NCBI GenBank assembly: GCA_963920595.1
Contig: OY986950.1
Coordinates: 3,348,001-3,412,000 of the forward strand
Length of the DNA: 64,000 bases
From: Eimeria praecox
Taxonomy: Eukaryota
Direction of reading: 5' to 3'
Part shown: positions 1 through 20,757 of the stretch, piece after piece
Layout of the letters: the number at the start of each line of letters is the position of its first letter
Numbering within the stretch: position 1 is the first letter of the stretch
Position numbers and translations under genes: made by a program
Notes under the pieces: model-generated
Seen by the model: only the letters and a program-made list of their open reading frames with translations
What the model was told of the DNA's origin: nothing
The model's database searches: none

Positions 1-68
1 AACAATAAATTCTTTCTCATCATCACTTAGATACGCAGACCACAGATCGTCATCACTCCACACATCTA

Positions 69-102
<34 letters not shown>

Positions 103-475
103 CTGTGTTTTGGTTTTCCCCTGCTGCAGTTGCTGCTGCTGCTGCTCCTGCTGCTGTTGCTGCTGCTGCTGCTGCGTCGCAGCATCAACAGCTCGGTTGT
201 CTCTGCTGTCTTCTGAGTGTATGTCTGTCTCTGCCTTTAGTCCCTTCGCCCATTTGCTGCCACTGCCTGTAGCTGCTGCTGCTGCTGCTGCTGCTGCAGC
301 AGCAGCAGCAGCAGCTCGTCTCCGTCTCCTCAGCCTCCAAGCTCCGTCTGCTGCATCACATCGCCCTAAAGCTGCTTCTATCCGCTGCACAGAACGCGTG
401 CTGCAGTCGCTGTCGCTCTGTCTCCTTTTGATAAGACTATGGAGACACCTTGCTGCTTCTCTGGTCTCTCGAATA

Positions 476-536
<61 letters not shown>

Positions 537-624
537 CATGAGCGGTAGAAGGAGCAGCAGCAGGAGCAGAAAACGGGGAGCAGCAGCAGCAACTTGCCTG
601 CATCGTGAAGCTCCTCCTCCTCCT

Positions 625-673
<49 letters not shown>

Positions 674-812
674 GAAGCAGCTACACTGTCTCCGCGATGC
701 AGCAGCAGCCCCTCAACATCACTTAAAGATAAACCTAAAACTCTACTTGTTGAGTTGCTGCGGGCCTGCAGCGGTGGCAGCCGCAAAGCACAGAACATGT
801 CTCTCCTGTCCC

Positions 813-861
<49 letters not shown>

Positions 862-960
862 GTGATGCTGATGATGATGCAGGAAGTCTCCTCGAAACTT
901 CCTGCCTGTGCAAGACACCGCAGGACTCGAAGCTATACGACGAAGCCCCCCACCATACAC

Positions 961-1006
<46 letters not shown>

Positions 1007-1269
1007 CCGTTGCTGCTGTCGAGGCTGAATCTATCAGGCCCTCCATATAAGGAGAAACCTGCGTTGTCTTCTGTATCGCTTTCGTCTCCTGCTGCTTCTC
1101 TCTCCAAACCCATAGGAGATTTAATAGCAGCAGCAGCAGCTGCTGCTGCTGCTCCTGCTGCTGCTGCTGCTGCTGCTGCCTTACGCGCCCTCGACATCCC
1201 ATAGTCATCTTCAGAGAGACACCCCGAACGGCGGGAGGCTGAAGCAACTCCCCTCAACGCTCTCCGCTG

Positions 1270-1304
<35 letters not shown>

Positions 1305-1597
1305 AACAAAATATCACAGCAGCAAAAAGAATGCAGAGACGGAGACACGCAAGCTCCCAGCAGAAGCAGCAGCAACAGCGGCACCCCAAAAAAGCAAGAG
1401 CAGCAGCAGCAGCAGCAGCACTAACAGCAGCAGCAACAGCAGCAGCACAAACAGCAGCAGCAGCAGCAGCAGCACAAACAGCAGCAGCAGCAGCAGCAGC
1501 ACAAACAGCAGCAGCAGCGGATCTTACAGCAGAAGTTAAAACAGCGTCTCCTTCATCAGTGCCTCTTCTTCTGTCTCTCCAAGAAGGAGACACCTCG

Positions 1598-1637
<40 letters not shown>

Positions 1638-1706
1638 CTCCTCTCATGTGTCTCCTTCTACGTCTCCCCTCTCTTGCACCTGGAAGCCGCTTCTTCCTGT
1701 GTCCCT

Positions 1707-1739
<33 letters not shown>

Positions 1740-1833
1740 GCTTGTGCTGCTGCTGCTGCCCCTCCTGCAGGCGCCCCTCTCCGTCCGCTATAGGCAAATA
1801 ATGAGGCTCCTCACACCACCATGTGTAGTATCT

Positions 1834-1869
<36 letters not shown>

Positions 1870-2316
1870 ACAGCAGCAGCAACAAGAGGTGCAGTAGCAT
1901 CAGAAGCCCCACCACCAGCAGCAGCAGCAACAGCAACAGCAGCAGCAAGAGAGCCATCACACCACCACAACCACCACCAACAACAGCAGCAACAACAGCA
2001 ACAGCAACAACAGCAACAACAGCAGCAGCGCCAACAACATTGCCACCACCGCCAACAGCAGCAGCAGCACCCGCAGCACAAACAGCAACAGCAGCACCAA
2101 CAGCAACAATAAAAGCAGCAGCAGCAGCACCCGCAACAGCAGCACCACCACCAACACCACCACCACCACCACCACCACCACCAACAACAACAACAGCAAC
2201 AACAACAGCAACAACAACAGCAACAACAACAACAGCAACAACAACAACAACAGCAACAACAACAGCAACAACAACAGCAACAACAGCAGCAACAACAACA
2301 GCAACAACAACAGCAG

Positions 2317-2348
<32 letters not shown>

Positions 2349-2563
2349 ACACCAACAGCAGCAGCATCAAGGTATACGGGGTTGGTGTGTGTGTGTCTCC
2401 TTACCTAACAACATGTTTCGAATATAAATCTCTATTTGCAGCAACTTCTCTAAAATCTCTCCTAAGAGCAATATCCTCGCTGCTAGCTAACTGAAGTAGA
2501 ATTAACTTCACTGCATAGATTGGATGACCTGGTTCGAGGAGATGACGCACCTGTCCATACACC

Positions 2564-2640
<77 letters not shown>

Positions 2641-2829
2641 CTTCAAGGACTCATGTTCTAGGGTTTGAGGGGTTATATTAGGGTTTAGGGTTGGGTTTTA
2701 GGGTTTATTAGTAGGGTTTGTTAGTACTAGGGTTTATTATTCGGGTTTATTATTAGGGTTTAGAGTTAAGCAAGAAAGACAGACAGAAAAAGAGGAAGAG
2801 AGAGAAAGGAAGAAACAGTCAGGTGTCTC

Positions 2830-2889
<60 letters not shown>

Positions 2890-3500
2890 AATATTCTTTT
2901 ATTTTTATTGTTTTTAGGTTTTGTTTATTTGCTGCATCTCTATTTGTTTTTGTTTTCTAATCAAATACATTTTAATCCTATTCTCTATATCTACAATGTC
3001 TGTCTCTCTGTCTCTCTATCTGTCTCTCTGTCTCTCTGTCTCTATCTCTGTCTCTCTCCCTGTCTCTCCTTCTGTCTCTCTCTGTCTCTCTCCCTCTCTG
3101 TCTGTCTCTGTCTCTGTCTATCTGTCTCTGTCTCTCTGTCTCTCTGTCTCTCTGTCTCTCTCCCTCTCTGTCTCTCTCCCTCTCTGTCTCTCTGTCTCTC
3201 TCCCTCTCTGTCTCTCTCCCTCTCTGTCTGTCTCTGTCTCTGTCTCTGTCTCTGTCTATCTGTCTCTGTCTCTCTGTCTCTCTCTCTGTCTCTCTCCCTC
3301 TGTCTCTCTCCCTCTCTGTCTGTCTCTGTCTCTGTCTATCTGTCTCTGTCTATCTGTCTCTCTCTCTCTCTGTCTCTCTCCCTCTCTGTCTCTCTCCCTC
3401 TCTGTCTCTGTCTCTGTCTCCGTCTATCTGTCTCTGTCTCTCTGTCTCTCTGTCTCTCTGTCTCTGTGTCTCTGTGTCTCTCTGTCTCTCTGTCTCTCTG

Positions 3501-3534
<34 letters not shown>

Positions 3535-3979
3535 CAAGAAGAATAAGAAGAATAAGAAGAATAAGAAGAGACAGGAAGAGAAGCACAGCACCACCATCAC
3601 CACCATCAGCAGCACCAACAAAACAGAATAGAGTATAAATAGAAGAGACACAAAGCAAATAAAACAAAGAAGATAATAATAAATAAATAAATAAATATTA
3701 TTAAATATACATACCTTATACACTGTCCCGAATCCCCCTCGCCCCACAAGTTTTTCTATCTTGAACGTTCTTACAAATCTACCATTCTCTAAAAATTTTA
3801 ATAAAGCTGATCGAGCAGGGATACCTGCGGATACACCTGGAGAAAGTGAGGAGACACTTCGTATACTGTTGCTGTTCTTGCTGCTGTTGCTGCTGTTGCT
3901 GCTGCTATTGCTGCTGCTGCTTTCATCTCCTTCACTATCTCCTGTCTCTATACGTCGATCCCCCAAATATATCTCCTCT

Positions 3980-4023
<44 letters not shown>

Positions 4024-4027
4024 TTGC

Positions 4028-4062
<35 letters not shown>

Positions 4063-4739
4063 TTGAGCTGGAGGCAGTAGAGGCTCCCCAAAGACATCTG
4101 CTGCAGATATACCTTGGAATGCTGCAGCAGCAAATGCTGCAGCAGGAGACACAGCAGCTACCATTGGCTGCTGCTCTGGAGTGTTGAGGAGAAAATCTGA
4201 AGGAGACGGTACCTGCGCGCTGCTGCCCCTCTGCTGCTGCTGCTGCTGCTGCTGTTGCTGTTGCTGCTGCTGCTGCTGCTGCAGAGGGACAGGAGGAGGG
4301 GGAGATATATCTATATCTAGAACACAAGCCCTTCTCTGTCTCGCAGCACTTAGAAGGATTTCTTCTAAGGAAGCACAAGAACGTCGTACACGTCTGAATC
4401 CTGTTGCTGCTGCTGCTGCTGCAGCAGCTGCTGCTGCTGTATCTGCAGCAGCAGATACACCTCGATGAGGGAGAGCCTTAGACAGCCAAGGGGGTTCTGC
4501 CTCGTCTCCTGTATCTCCTCGTAATCGAGCAGAAGCAGGTAGAGAGCTATCGCCCATACCTGCTACTGCTGCTGCTGTTGCTGCTGCTGCCGCTGCTGCT
4601 GCTGCTGCTGTTGCTGCAGGAGATCGAAACGGAGGCACAGGTGAAGAGACAGCAGCAGCAGGATGAGAGGGGCGAGTTAGAGACAAGTGAGGGCCCTTAG
4701 CAACATCAACTGTCCCTCTTCTTCTTAAAGGACTGTCTA

Positions 4740-4797
<58 letters not shown>

Positions 4798-4907
4798 GCC
4801 CCGCAGCAACCTGCCTGGGGCTAGAGGAGACAGCTCTAAGGAAGGCTCTCCAAAGCGCTTAGAATATTTCTTCTTTAGCTGCTTCCGGCCTTCTTCACCA
4901 GCGCTGC

Positions 4908-4941
<34 letters not shown>

Positions 4942-5705
4942 GCTGCTGCTGCTGCTTGTGACTGTTGTGCGTCGTCTCCGTATTTTTCCTGCTGCTGCTC
5001 CTGCTGCTGCTGCTGCTCCTGCTCCTGCTGCTGCTCCTGCTGCTGCACCAGCTCGACGAGCTTTCTCTCCCTTCCCATGGCCTCTCAGTCCCCTCCTCGG
5101 TTTACCTTCTTCAGCTGAGGCGTCAGAGGCTGCGTTGCTGCTGCTGCTGCTGCTGCTGCTGCTTCTGCTTTGGCAGCTCCAGATGGCATCGCCTGAAAGA
5201 TCAGCAGCAGCAGCAGCAGCAGCAGCTGCTGCTGCTGCTGCTGTTGGAGAGTTGATATCTTCATCTGCTTCGTGCTGCGATAACGGAAAGGCCCTGCTGC
5301 TGCTGCTGCTGCGTTGCATCAGGTGCTCCTGCTGCTGCTGCTGCAGTTCCTGCTGCTGCTGCTGCTGCTGCTGCGGCAGGATACGGCTCAACAAGTGCAG
5401 CAGGTGTCTCCACCGCCTCATTAGAGGCTGCAGCAGCGGCTGTCTCCTAAGACAAAGGGTTGAATATACAGCAGCAGAGACAGCAGCAGCAGCAGACCAA
5501 AGCCACACAAACGTGATATCCCCCCCCGCTGTCTCTGTGGGGGCCCTGTCTCCTTCCTGCTGCTGCTGCTGCTGTTGCTGCTGCTGTTGCTGCTGCTGTT
5601 GCTGCTCCTGCTGCGCCGTATCGGCTGCTTGAGGCTGCATATGCAGGCGACTGCGGGGCTTCCGCCACAGAGGGTGCTGATGCAGGGGCAGAGGTGAGAA
5701 AGGGC

Positions 5706-5754
<49 letters not shown>

Positions 5755-7208
5755 TCTCCCCATGTCTGCGTGGAAGACACGCTGCATCCATCGTCTCAAA
5801 ATACCTAAGACAGGAGACACAATCGGGTTGAAGGGTCTCGGCAGCTGTTCAAACGGGGGCCGCTGCTGCTGCTGCTGCTGCTGCTGTTGCTGCTGCTGTT
5901 GCTGCTGCTGCTGCTTCTGCTTCTGCTGCTGCTGCTGCTGTTGCTGCTGCTGCCGTTGCTGCTGCTCCTCTTGTTGTTGCTGCTCGCCTGCATGAGGCCT
6001 CCAGGGCGTCGTGCCCCCCTCGATGTCTCCAACGGCTGCTGCCACACGAGCCTTGCTGCTGCTGCTGCTGCTGCTGCTGATGCTGCTGCTGCTGCTGCTG
6101 CTGCCGGTGTTGCTGCTGCACTGCTGAGGAGCGCTGTCAAGAGAAGGCCGCCAGCCAGGAGGGGCCTCTAAGGGCAGCGGCGCCCTCCCCATCCCCGATG
6201 GGCTTGCTGCTGCTGCTGCTGCAGCAGCAGCAGCTGCTGCTGCTGCTGCTGCCGCTGCGGCCGTTGCTGCTGCTGCTGCTGCTGCTGCTGGGGATTCCAA
6301 AGCATACTCTGTGGGGCTCCAAGGAAGCGGCGGTTGCAGCATGGGGGCCTTAGCCAGATCTTGTAGATATTTGTAGTGTACAGACACCAGCTGTTGCTGC
6401 TGCTGCTGCTGCTGCAGCTGCTGCAGCTGTTCTTGCTGCAACGGAGGCAGCAGCGGAGGAGCTGGCAGCAGCGAAGGGATATGACAGGGCACAGCTATAT
6501 CAGCAGCAGCTGCTGCAGCACTCCCCTCTGTCTGTCTCCAAGGGTCCGGAGGGAGAGGCAGCCCCTAAGGAGACACACACAACAAAGCAGCAGCAAAACC
6601 CATTCATAATTGCTGCTGCAGCTGCTGCTGCTGCTGCTACTGTTCTTGCTGCTGCTGGGGCTGCTGCTGTAAGCAGCGTTGCAGCTGACGAGCCCTTTCA
6701 AGCCGCTGCATGCAGCAGCAGCAACAGCAGCAGCAGCACGAGCAGCAGCACGAGCAGCAGCGACAGCAGCAGGTGCAGCAACAACAACAGCAACAACAGC
6801 AGCAACAACAGCAGCAACAACAGCAGCAAGAAGACATACTGTGGGCCTTCTCTGACTTGCAATGAACTGCAGTGTATAGGCAGTTGGCCCGTGCAGCCCT
6901 TGTGGCTGCTGCCAGAGAGAATCTTGCTGCTGCTGCTGCTGCTGCTGCTGCAGGGGCGATGTAACAGCAAAAACAGCAGCAATAGGTGCGGGGAACTTCA
7001 AGAACAAGGGAGCTGCTGCTGCTGCAGGGTCACCTGCAGCAGCAGCAGCAGCAGCAGCAGCAGGATCTCGCTGCAGCATATACAGCAGATCGCCCTCAGC
7101 ACGTAGAGAAGCACGAAGTGTCTCCGTCAGCTGTATATCTTCCGGCTGTCTCTGCAGCTGAGGGTCTCCTCCAAAGCCAGCCACATCAACCCACGAGAGA
7201 CCCCACCT

Positions 7209-7244
<36 letters not shown>

Positions 7245-7641
7245 GCAGCAGCAGCACGCAGATACGCACACATACAACACATTCACTCTGCTGCTGGTGC
7301 TGCTGCTGGTGATGCTGCTGGTGCTGCTGCTGCAGCAGCAGCAAATAAGAACTACATGGAGCTGTGGTAGCGATCGTTGGTGTTTCCATCTACATTGCTG
7401 CAGCAGCAGGAGCTGCTGCTGCTCCTGCTGCTGCTGCTGCGGCTCCTGCTGCTGCTGCTGCTGCTGTTGCTTACAGTCTCTTGTGTGTCTCCGCGCTGAC
7501 AGCCCACAGCTGCCACACACTCTGAGCCAGCAGCAGCTGCTGTCTCCCTGCTGTCTCTGTCTCTCTCGCTGTTCCCCTCACTACAGCACCTCCGTCTCCT
7601 AGCGCCTCCAGCCTCTCTCCTTTGATGTCTTGCCCCTGCAG

Positions 7642-7674
<33 letters not shown>

Positions 7675-8712
7675 TAGCAGCAGCAGCAATAGCAGCAGCA
7701 GCACAAACAGCGCCACTAAGAATATGCCTGGCGGTGTATATCTGCATCTACCTCTATGTATGTGTAGCTAGCTGTGGCTAGCTGTAGCTAGCTGTATATA
7801 ACGCGTAGCTAGCTGCAGCTAGCTGTCTCTACCAGCATATCCTGTGTATCTAGCTAGCTGCGTGCCTCGTGTAGCTAGCTACAGCTACCTGCAGTAGCTA
7901 GCTACAGCTACCTGCAGTAGCTAGCTACAGCTAGCTGTAGCTAGCTGTAGCTATCTGCCTGTCTCGTGCAACTAGCAGCAGCTAACAGCAGCTAGCAGCA
8001 GCTAGCAGCAACAGCTAGCAGCAGCAGCTAGCCACGGCTAGCTACAGCTAGCTACAGCTAGCTAGAGCTAGCTAGAGCTTACAGTCATAAGATCAAGGGC
8101 CCTAACAGTCGCATCTTTCCTCCCAACAAAGTAAACCCCAGGAAAGAGAGGAGCGCGAAATGGAAGACGACTCACAACTTGAGAGACAGTTAGCTCTAAA
8201 CCCTAAACCACAAACCCTAAACCCTAAACCCTAAACCCTAAACCACAAACCCTAAACCCTAAACCCTAAACCACAAACCCTAAACCCTAAACCCTAAACC
8301 CTAAACCCTAAACCACAAACCCTAAACCCTAAGCCCTAAACCACAAGCCCTAAACCCTAAGCCCTAAGCCACAAACCGCAAACCCTAAACCCTAAGCCAC
8401 AAACCCTAGACCCTAAATCTTAAACCCTAAACATTAAACCCTAAGTCTTAAACCTTAAACCCCAAAACCTAAACCCTAAACTCTAAACCCTAAACCCCAC
8501 ACCCTAACAGAGATTTAAACGCGCAGACACCAGCCAATATATGTGCTGCTAGCTAGCCCCTCAACTAGCTAGCTAGCTAGCTAGCTAGCTAGCTAGCTTG
8601 CTATCTATCTTACCACCATCGTGCCGTCAGGCTCAACTAAGTAGAGTCTTCCGTCATAGCCAGGCAGCAGTCTTCGCATGCGCTCAGGTGTCTCTTCACT
8701 AGGAGCCCCTTG

Positions 8713-8763
<51 letters not shown>

Positions 8764-8847
8764 GTTTCCTGTGGGGACTAAGTTGCTGTCTCCTTGCGTC
8801 TGTTCTGCCCCTCCCAAGACAACGCAGTCTCTGCACCCCTCAGTTGC

Positions 8848-8888
<41 letters not shown>

Positions 8889-9145
8889 TTGCAGCATCTT
8901 CAGCAGCAAACGAAGCTGTACTGTGCGGAGGAGGGTGTGCCAGGGTCTGTCCTAGCCCCACAGTAGTGCTGCTGCTGCTGCTGCTGCTGCTGCCTCCAGC
9001 AGCAGCAGAGAAAGGAGACACTGAGAAGCCCATCGTCTCTAAGCTGTTGTTGCTGCTTGGAGCTGTGCTACTGCTACTGCTGCTGCTGCTGCTGCTGCTG
9101 CTTTCCTTTATATTGTTGCTGCGCGTGTTCGTGCTCCTATCGCTG

Positions 9146-9192
<47 letters not shown>

Positions 9193-9515
9193 AACAACAT
9201 AAGCTGCAGCAAGGGGGCTACCTAAGTGGGCCTGCCATTGAAAGGAGCCGCCGGTAGAAACTCTGAAGATATCTCCTGTTGTAGCGAGGACTATCAAACT
9301 CTCTGCTCCAGATAATCTTGCTGCTGCTGCTGCTGCTGCTGCTGCTTCTCCTGCTGTGCTGCTGCTGCTCCTATTGCTGCTACTGCCTCCATAGTCAGCA
9401 TGTTCTCTGCTGCTGCTGCTGCTGCTGCCTACTGTATCTGTGTCTGAAGAGAGAGACGCTAGAGACAGAGAAGGAGATTCAACGGTCCCCTCCTCCATAT
9501 AGCTCCCCCACTGAA

Positions 9516-9556
<41 letters not shown>

Positions 9557-9909
9557 TGCTGCTGTTGCTGCTGTCGGTGTCTGTAAGGCAGCAAATCTTC
9601 GCTTGCATCCTCTCCGCTGCTGCTGCTGCTGCTGCTGCTGCCTCCGCCGTCTGTCTCTGGTGAAGACGTGAAGGAGTCGAAGGCCGTTGTTTCTGCTGCT
9701 GGCTCTACTGCTGCTGCTGCTGCTGCTGTTGCTGCTGCTGTTGCTGCTGCTGCGTGAGGTGTCTCTGCAGCACTAGATCCAGGCATTCTACCAAACGCTG
9801 TAGCAGCAGCAACAGCAGCAGCAGCAGCAGCAGCACGAGACTGATGGCGCCGTCCCTCTCGAAAGACAGAACCCCTGGCCCTTCCAAACTCTGTAATTAT
9901 GGGTCTCCC

Positions 9910-9940
<31 letters not shown>

Positions 9941-9941
9941 C

Positions 9942-9973
<32 letters not shown>

Positions 9974-10627
9974 CTTCTAGGGCCGCTGCGGCTGCTGCTG
10001 CGGTGTCTGCTGCTCCGCGCGGGACGGTTAGCACTGCTGCTGCTCCTGCTGCGGCTGCTGCTGCTCCTGCTGCTCCTGCTGCTTCTGGATACGCCTTTCT
10101 TGCTTACACATGCAGGCTTGTTGCGGTTTCTGCTGCTGCTGCTGCTGCTGCTGCTGTGGGGTGTACGTAAACCGCAGCCGCCGCTGCGTCGGGGTCTATA
10201 CTTGGATGCAAGTGGGAGAGAGAAGGCTTGCTGCTGCTGCTGCTGCTGCTGCTGCGGTGGCGGCATAGCCACGTCGCCTGCTGCTGCAGGAGAAGCAACA
10301 GCTGCTCTAGCCAAAGCAGCAGCAGAGGGCTCTCGTGCTGCTGATCCAGCAGCAGCAGCAGCAGCAGCAGCAGAGCCGCTGCTGCTCGTGCGGCGCTGTG
10401 TCTTAGATTTGCTGCTGCAGGGGAACAGTGTGTTGCCCTGCTGCTGCTGCAGCAGCAACAATCGATGGTGCTGCTGCTGCTGCTGCAGCTGCTGCTGCAG
10501 CTGCTGCTGCAAGTCCGTCGTAACATCGGCAGAGAAAGAAGCAGCATCAACGAGGTGCTGCAGCGCCGCTTCGTCCCGCTGCTGCGGCTGCTGCAGCAGC
10601 AACTGCTGCAGGAAGTAGTGCTTCAGC

Positions 10628-10658
<31 letters not shown>

Positions 10659-11116
10659 CTTTCCTGCTGCGGCGGCCCCTACTAAGGAGAACATGACTCT
10701 TATAAGCTTTTGCTGCTCTGTGTCTTGCTGCTGCTCCTGACGGAGAGGTTTCTGCTGCAGCAGCAAACCGGCGCTTCTCTGAAGGTTGCTGCTGCTGCAG
10801 CTGCTGCTGCTGCAGCTGTTGCTGCTCCTGCAGCAGCAAAATCTGTTTTCGAAGCCGAGCATTTAACCGCTGCTGCTGTTGCTGCTGCAGCTGCAGCTGC
10901 TGCAGCTGCTCTGCTATCTGCTGCCGCTGATCGCGCTCCTGCTGCTGCAGCCGCAGCCGTTCTTCCTGCAGCAGCTGCTGCTGCTGCTCCAGGTGTTGCT
11001 GCTGCTGACGAAGTCGCTGCTGCTGTGCTGCAGCATCATTAGAGGGAGACCCCGATGGGCTTATCATGGCTGCTGCAGTTGCTGCTGCTGCCCCAGTTGC
11101 TGCTGCTGCTGCTGCT

Positions 11117-11164
<48 letters not shown>

Positions 11165-11653
11165 CCAGGTGTTGCTGCTGCTGTGTTTGCTGCTGCTGCG
11201 ACGTCTGTGCAGTTGCTTGCTTCGAAGAAGGCCGGGAAGGCCAGAGAAGATCCATCACACCCTCTGCTGCTGCTGCTGCTGCTGCTGCAGTAGCCCCTGC
11301 TGCTGCTGCTGCTGCTGCAGTGGTTGTGCACCCCGTCTTTGGGAGTTGCTGAGGGCGCGTCTAAAGCGGCGTCAGCAGCAAGCGCTGTCTCTTGTGCTGC
11401 TGCTGCTGCTGCTGCTGCTGTTGCTGCTGTTGCTGCTGCTGTTGCTGCTGTTGCTGCTGCTTCTGTAGCTGTAGGAAAGAGAAGATGACAAATAAGAAGC
11501 AGCAGCAACCCTAGCAGCAGTACCCCCCTTCGCCGTTGCTGCTGATGAGGGAGGCTGCTGCTGCTGCTGCTGCAGTTGCTGCTGCTGCTGCACGCCCGAC
11601 GGCGTGTTGCTGTTAAAAAACCAAGTCTATCAGATGACGTTGCTGCTGCTGGC

Positions 11654-11688
<35 letters not shown>

Positions 11689-11979
11689 TGCTGTTGATGC
11701 TGCTGCTGCTGCTGGGATACGAAGCTGGCTGCAGTAGCAGGAGCGGAGGGAGGAGAACATCTCTCGGCAGCCCGCTGCACTGCTGCTGCTGCTGCTGCTG
11801 CTGCTAGCTCTCTCGCTGCGGCTCCAGCCTGCAGCAGCAGTATTACTCCTTGCAGCAGCAGAAGCAGCAGCGGATTCTAAATGACTCCAGCGGCCGCCGC
11901 TGCTGCTGCTGCTGCCGCTGCTGCTGCTGCTGCTGCTGCTGCTGCAGCCCGCTGTTACCACGGAGCGGCGGTGCGGCAT
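1..11979 (-). CDS. IF2K-A: ER-transmembrane eIF2-alpha kinase, PERK-like (Toxoplasma IF2K-A / Plasmodium PK4 type); 3' part lies beyond the left edge
   Basis: Phase-consistent GT-AG exons (minus): 11979-8614, 8202-8083, 7635-7475, 7206-6840, 6564-3715, 2550-2405, 1831-1528, 1266-<1. Contains an N-terminal hydrophobic segment (RRRGVLLLGLLLLLICHLLFPT), IRE1/PERK-luminal-like blocks (SLIVLATTGDIFRVSTGGSFQWQAHLG; LLPGYDGRLYLV; LTVSQVVSRLPF..VYFVGRKDATVRALDLMTG; KRLWGLSW), a TM segment ([23 protein letters not shown]), kinase subdomains I-IV (RFVRTFKIEKLVGRGGFGTVYKVRH..YAVKLI..REVAANRDLYSKHVVRYYTWW) and then the long insert typical of eIF2a kinases. Start ATG uncertain. Confidence 0.88.
2658..2768 (+). 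repeat. Degenerate telomere-like (TTTAGGG)n array
   Basis: tagggttt / agggttta units interrupted by tatta; intronic. Confidence 0.8.
2998..3534 (+). repeat. (TC)n/(TCTCTG)n microsatellite field
   Basis: Seen directly; intronic. Related TGTCTC(C)-based fields at 19302-19770, 28335-28715, 41620-42220, 56905-57195 and 57860-58060. Confidence 0.9.
7763..8080. repeat. (TAGC)n / GCTAGCTA palindromic microsatellite field
   Basis: Seen directly; similar fields at 8548-8598 and 26458-26582. Confidence 0.9.
8196..8510 (+). repeat. Interstitial telomere-like (AAACCCT)n array with AAACCAC/AAGCCCT variants
   Basis: Heptamer tandem seen directly; lies in intron 1 of the eIF2a kinase and overlaps the start of exon 2. 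Confidence 0.95.
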
Positions 11980-12034
11980 CGCATCCTTGCAGCAAAGCAG
12001 CAAAAGCAGCAGGCCTCCACCCACTACTGCCGTC

Positions 12035-12070
<36 letters not shown>

Positions 12071-12197
12071 TAGTCGGGGTGTGGCTGTGTCCCCTTGCTT
12101 CGGCTGCAAGAGCAGAGCGTGTAGGTGTCTGTACACCTCCACACTCTGCTCACGTTGTTATAATTAACACAGTTGATAATGGTGTTTTTGCTGCTGC

Positions 12198-12243
<46 letters not shown>

Positions 12244-12281
12244 TCCTCCTTTAAGAAATGAGTGAAGGGAACAACGTCTGC

Positions 12282-12317
<36 letters not shown>

Positions 12318-12435
12318 AACGGGGTGTACGTGCATTAGCAGGAGTTGCTGCTAAAGGACATACATAGCGACAGCAAATGCTGCTGCTGCTGCTGCTGAAG
12401 ACCACAGGAAGAAGGTCTCCGCATGCAACAGCAGC

Positions 12436-12469
<34 letters not shown>

Positions 12470-12598
12470 GCAAGGAGCAGGCTTGCTGCAGCTGCTGCAA
12501 GATATAAATGCTGTAGCTACACCGGCGCTGGGAAGAGAAGAATAATAGAAGAAAAGACACAAACCCGCCAATGCATGCACTCGATGGTAGTGCTTGTG

Positions 12599-12634
<36 letters not shown>

Positions 12635-12661
12635 GCAGCAGCAGCAGCATCCCGCCGCCGA

Positions 12662-12703
<42 letters not shown>

Positions 12704-12830
12704 GTCTGCTGTGGGCAGGGTTAAGCGAGGTAGTATATATTATATATATATTTATAATAATCTCTACTTATATTTCTAATTAACTTCTCTCCCTAAACTT
12801 TCTGTTGCTGCTGCTGTTGCTGCACGTGGC

Positions 12831-12865
<35 letters not shown>

Positions 12866-13014
12866 TTGCTGCTTTGCTGCTGCTGATGACGACGCTGCTT
12901 CTTCTTTGGGGCTGCATGCAGAGGGACCTTGATCTGCCTTCTACAGAAACCAAATAAACATACACCAAAACAATAACAAAATAACTTGAAGACAAGCTGT
13001 ATTTATAGCCTGTA

Positions 13015-13046
<32 letters not shown>

Positions 13047-13200
13047 GCAACAGTTGCTGCTGCTGCTAGGCATATACTTTGTGCTTCATGACTCGCCCTC
13101 TACCAGCAGGGATGAGGCTGTCGGTGCTTCTTCCTGCTGCTGCTCTATGACAATCTCCTGCAGCTGCAGCAGTTGCAGCGGCAGCAGCAACTCCTCTCAG

Positions 13201-13256
<56 letters not shown>

Positions 13257-13258
13257 AG
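11980..13258. promoter_or_regulatory. Putative bidirectional promoter/5'UTR region between the divergent eIF2a kinase and helical-repeat genes
   Basis: Head-to-head starts ~1.3 kb apart; a single TGCATGCA octamer at 12572-12579 and an AT-rich patch near 12735-12790. Function inferred only. Confidence 0.4.
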
Positions 13259-20757
<7,499 letters not shown>

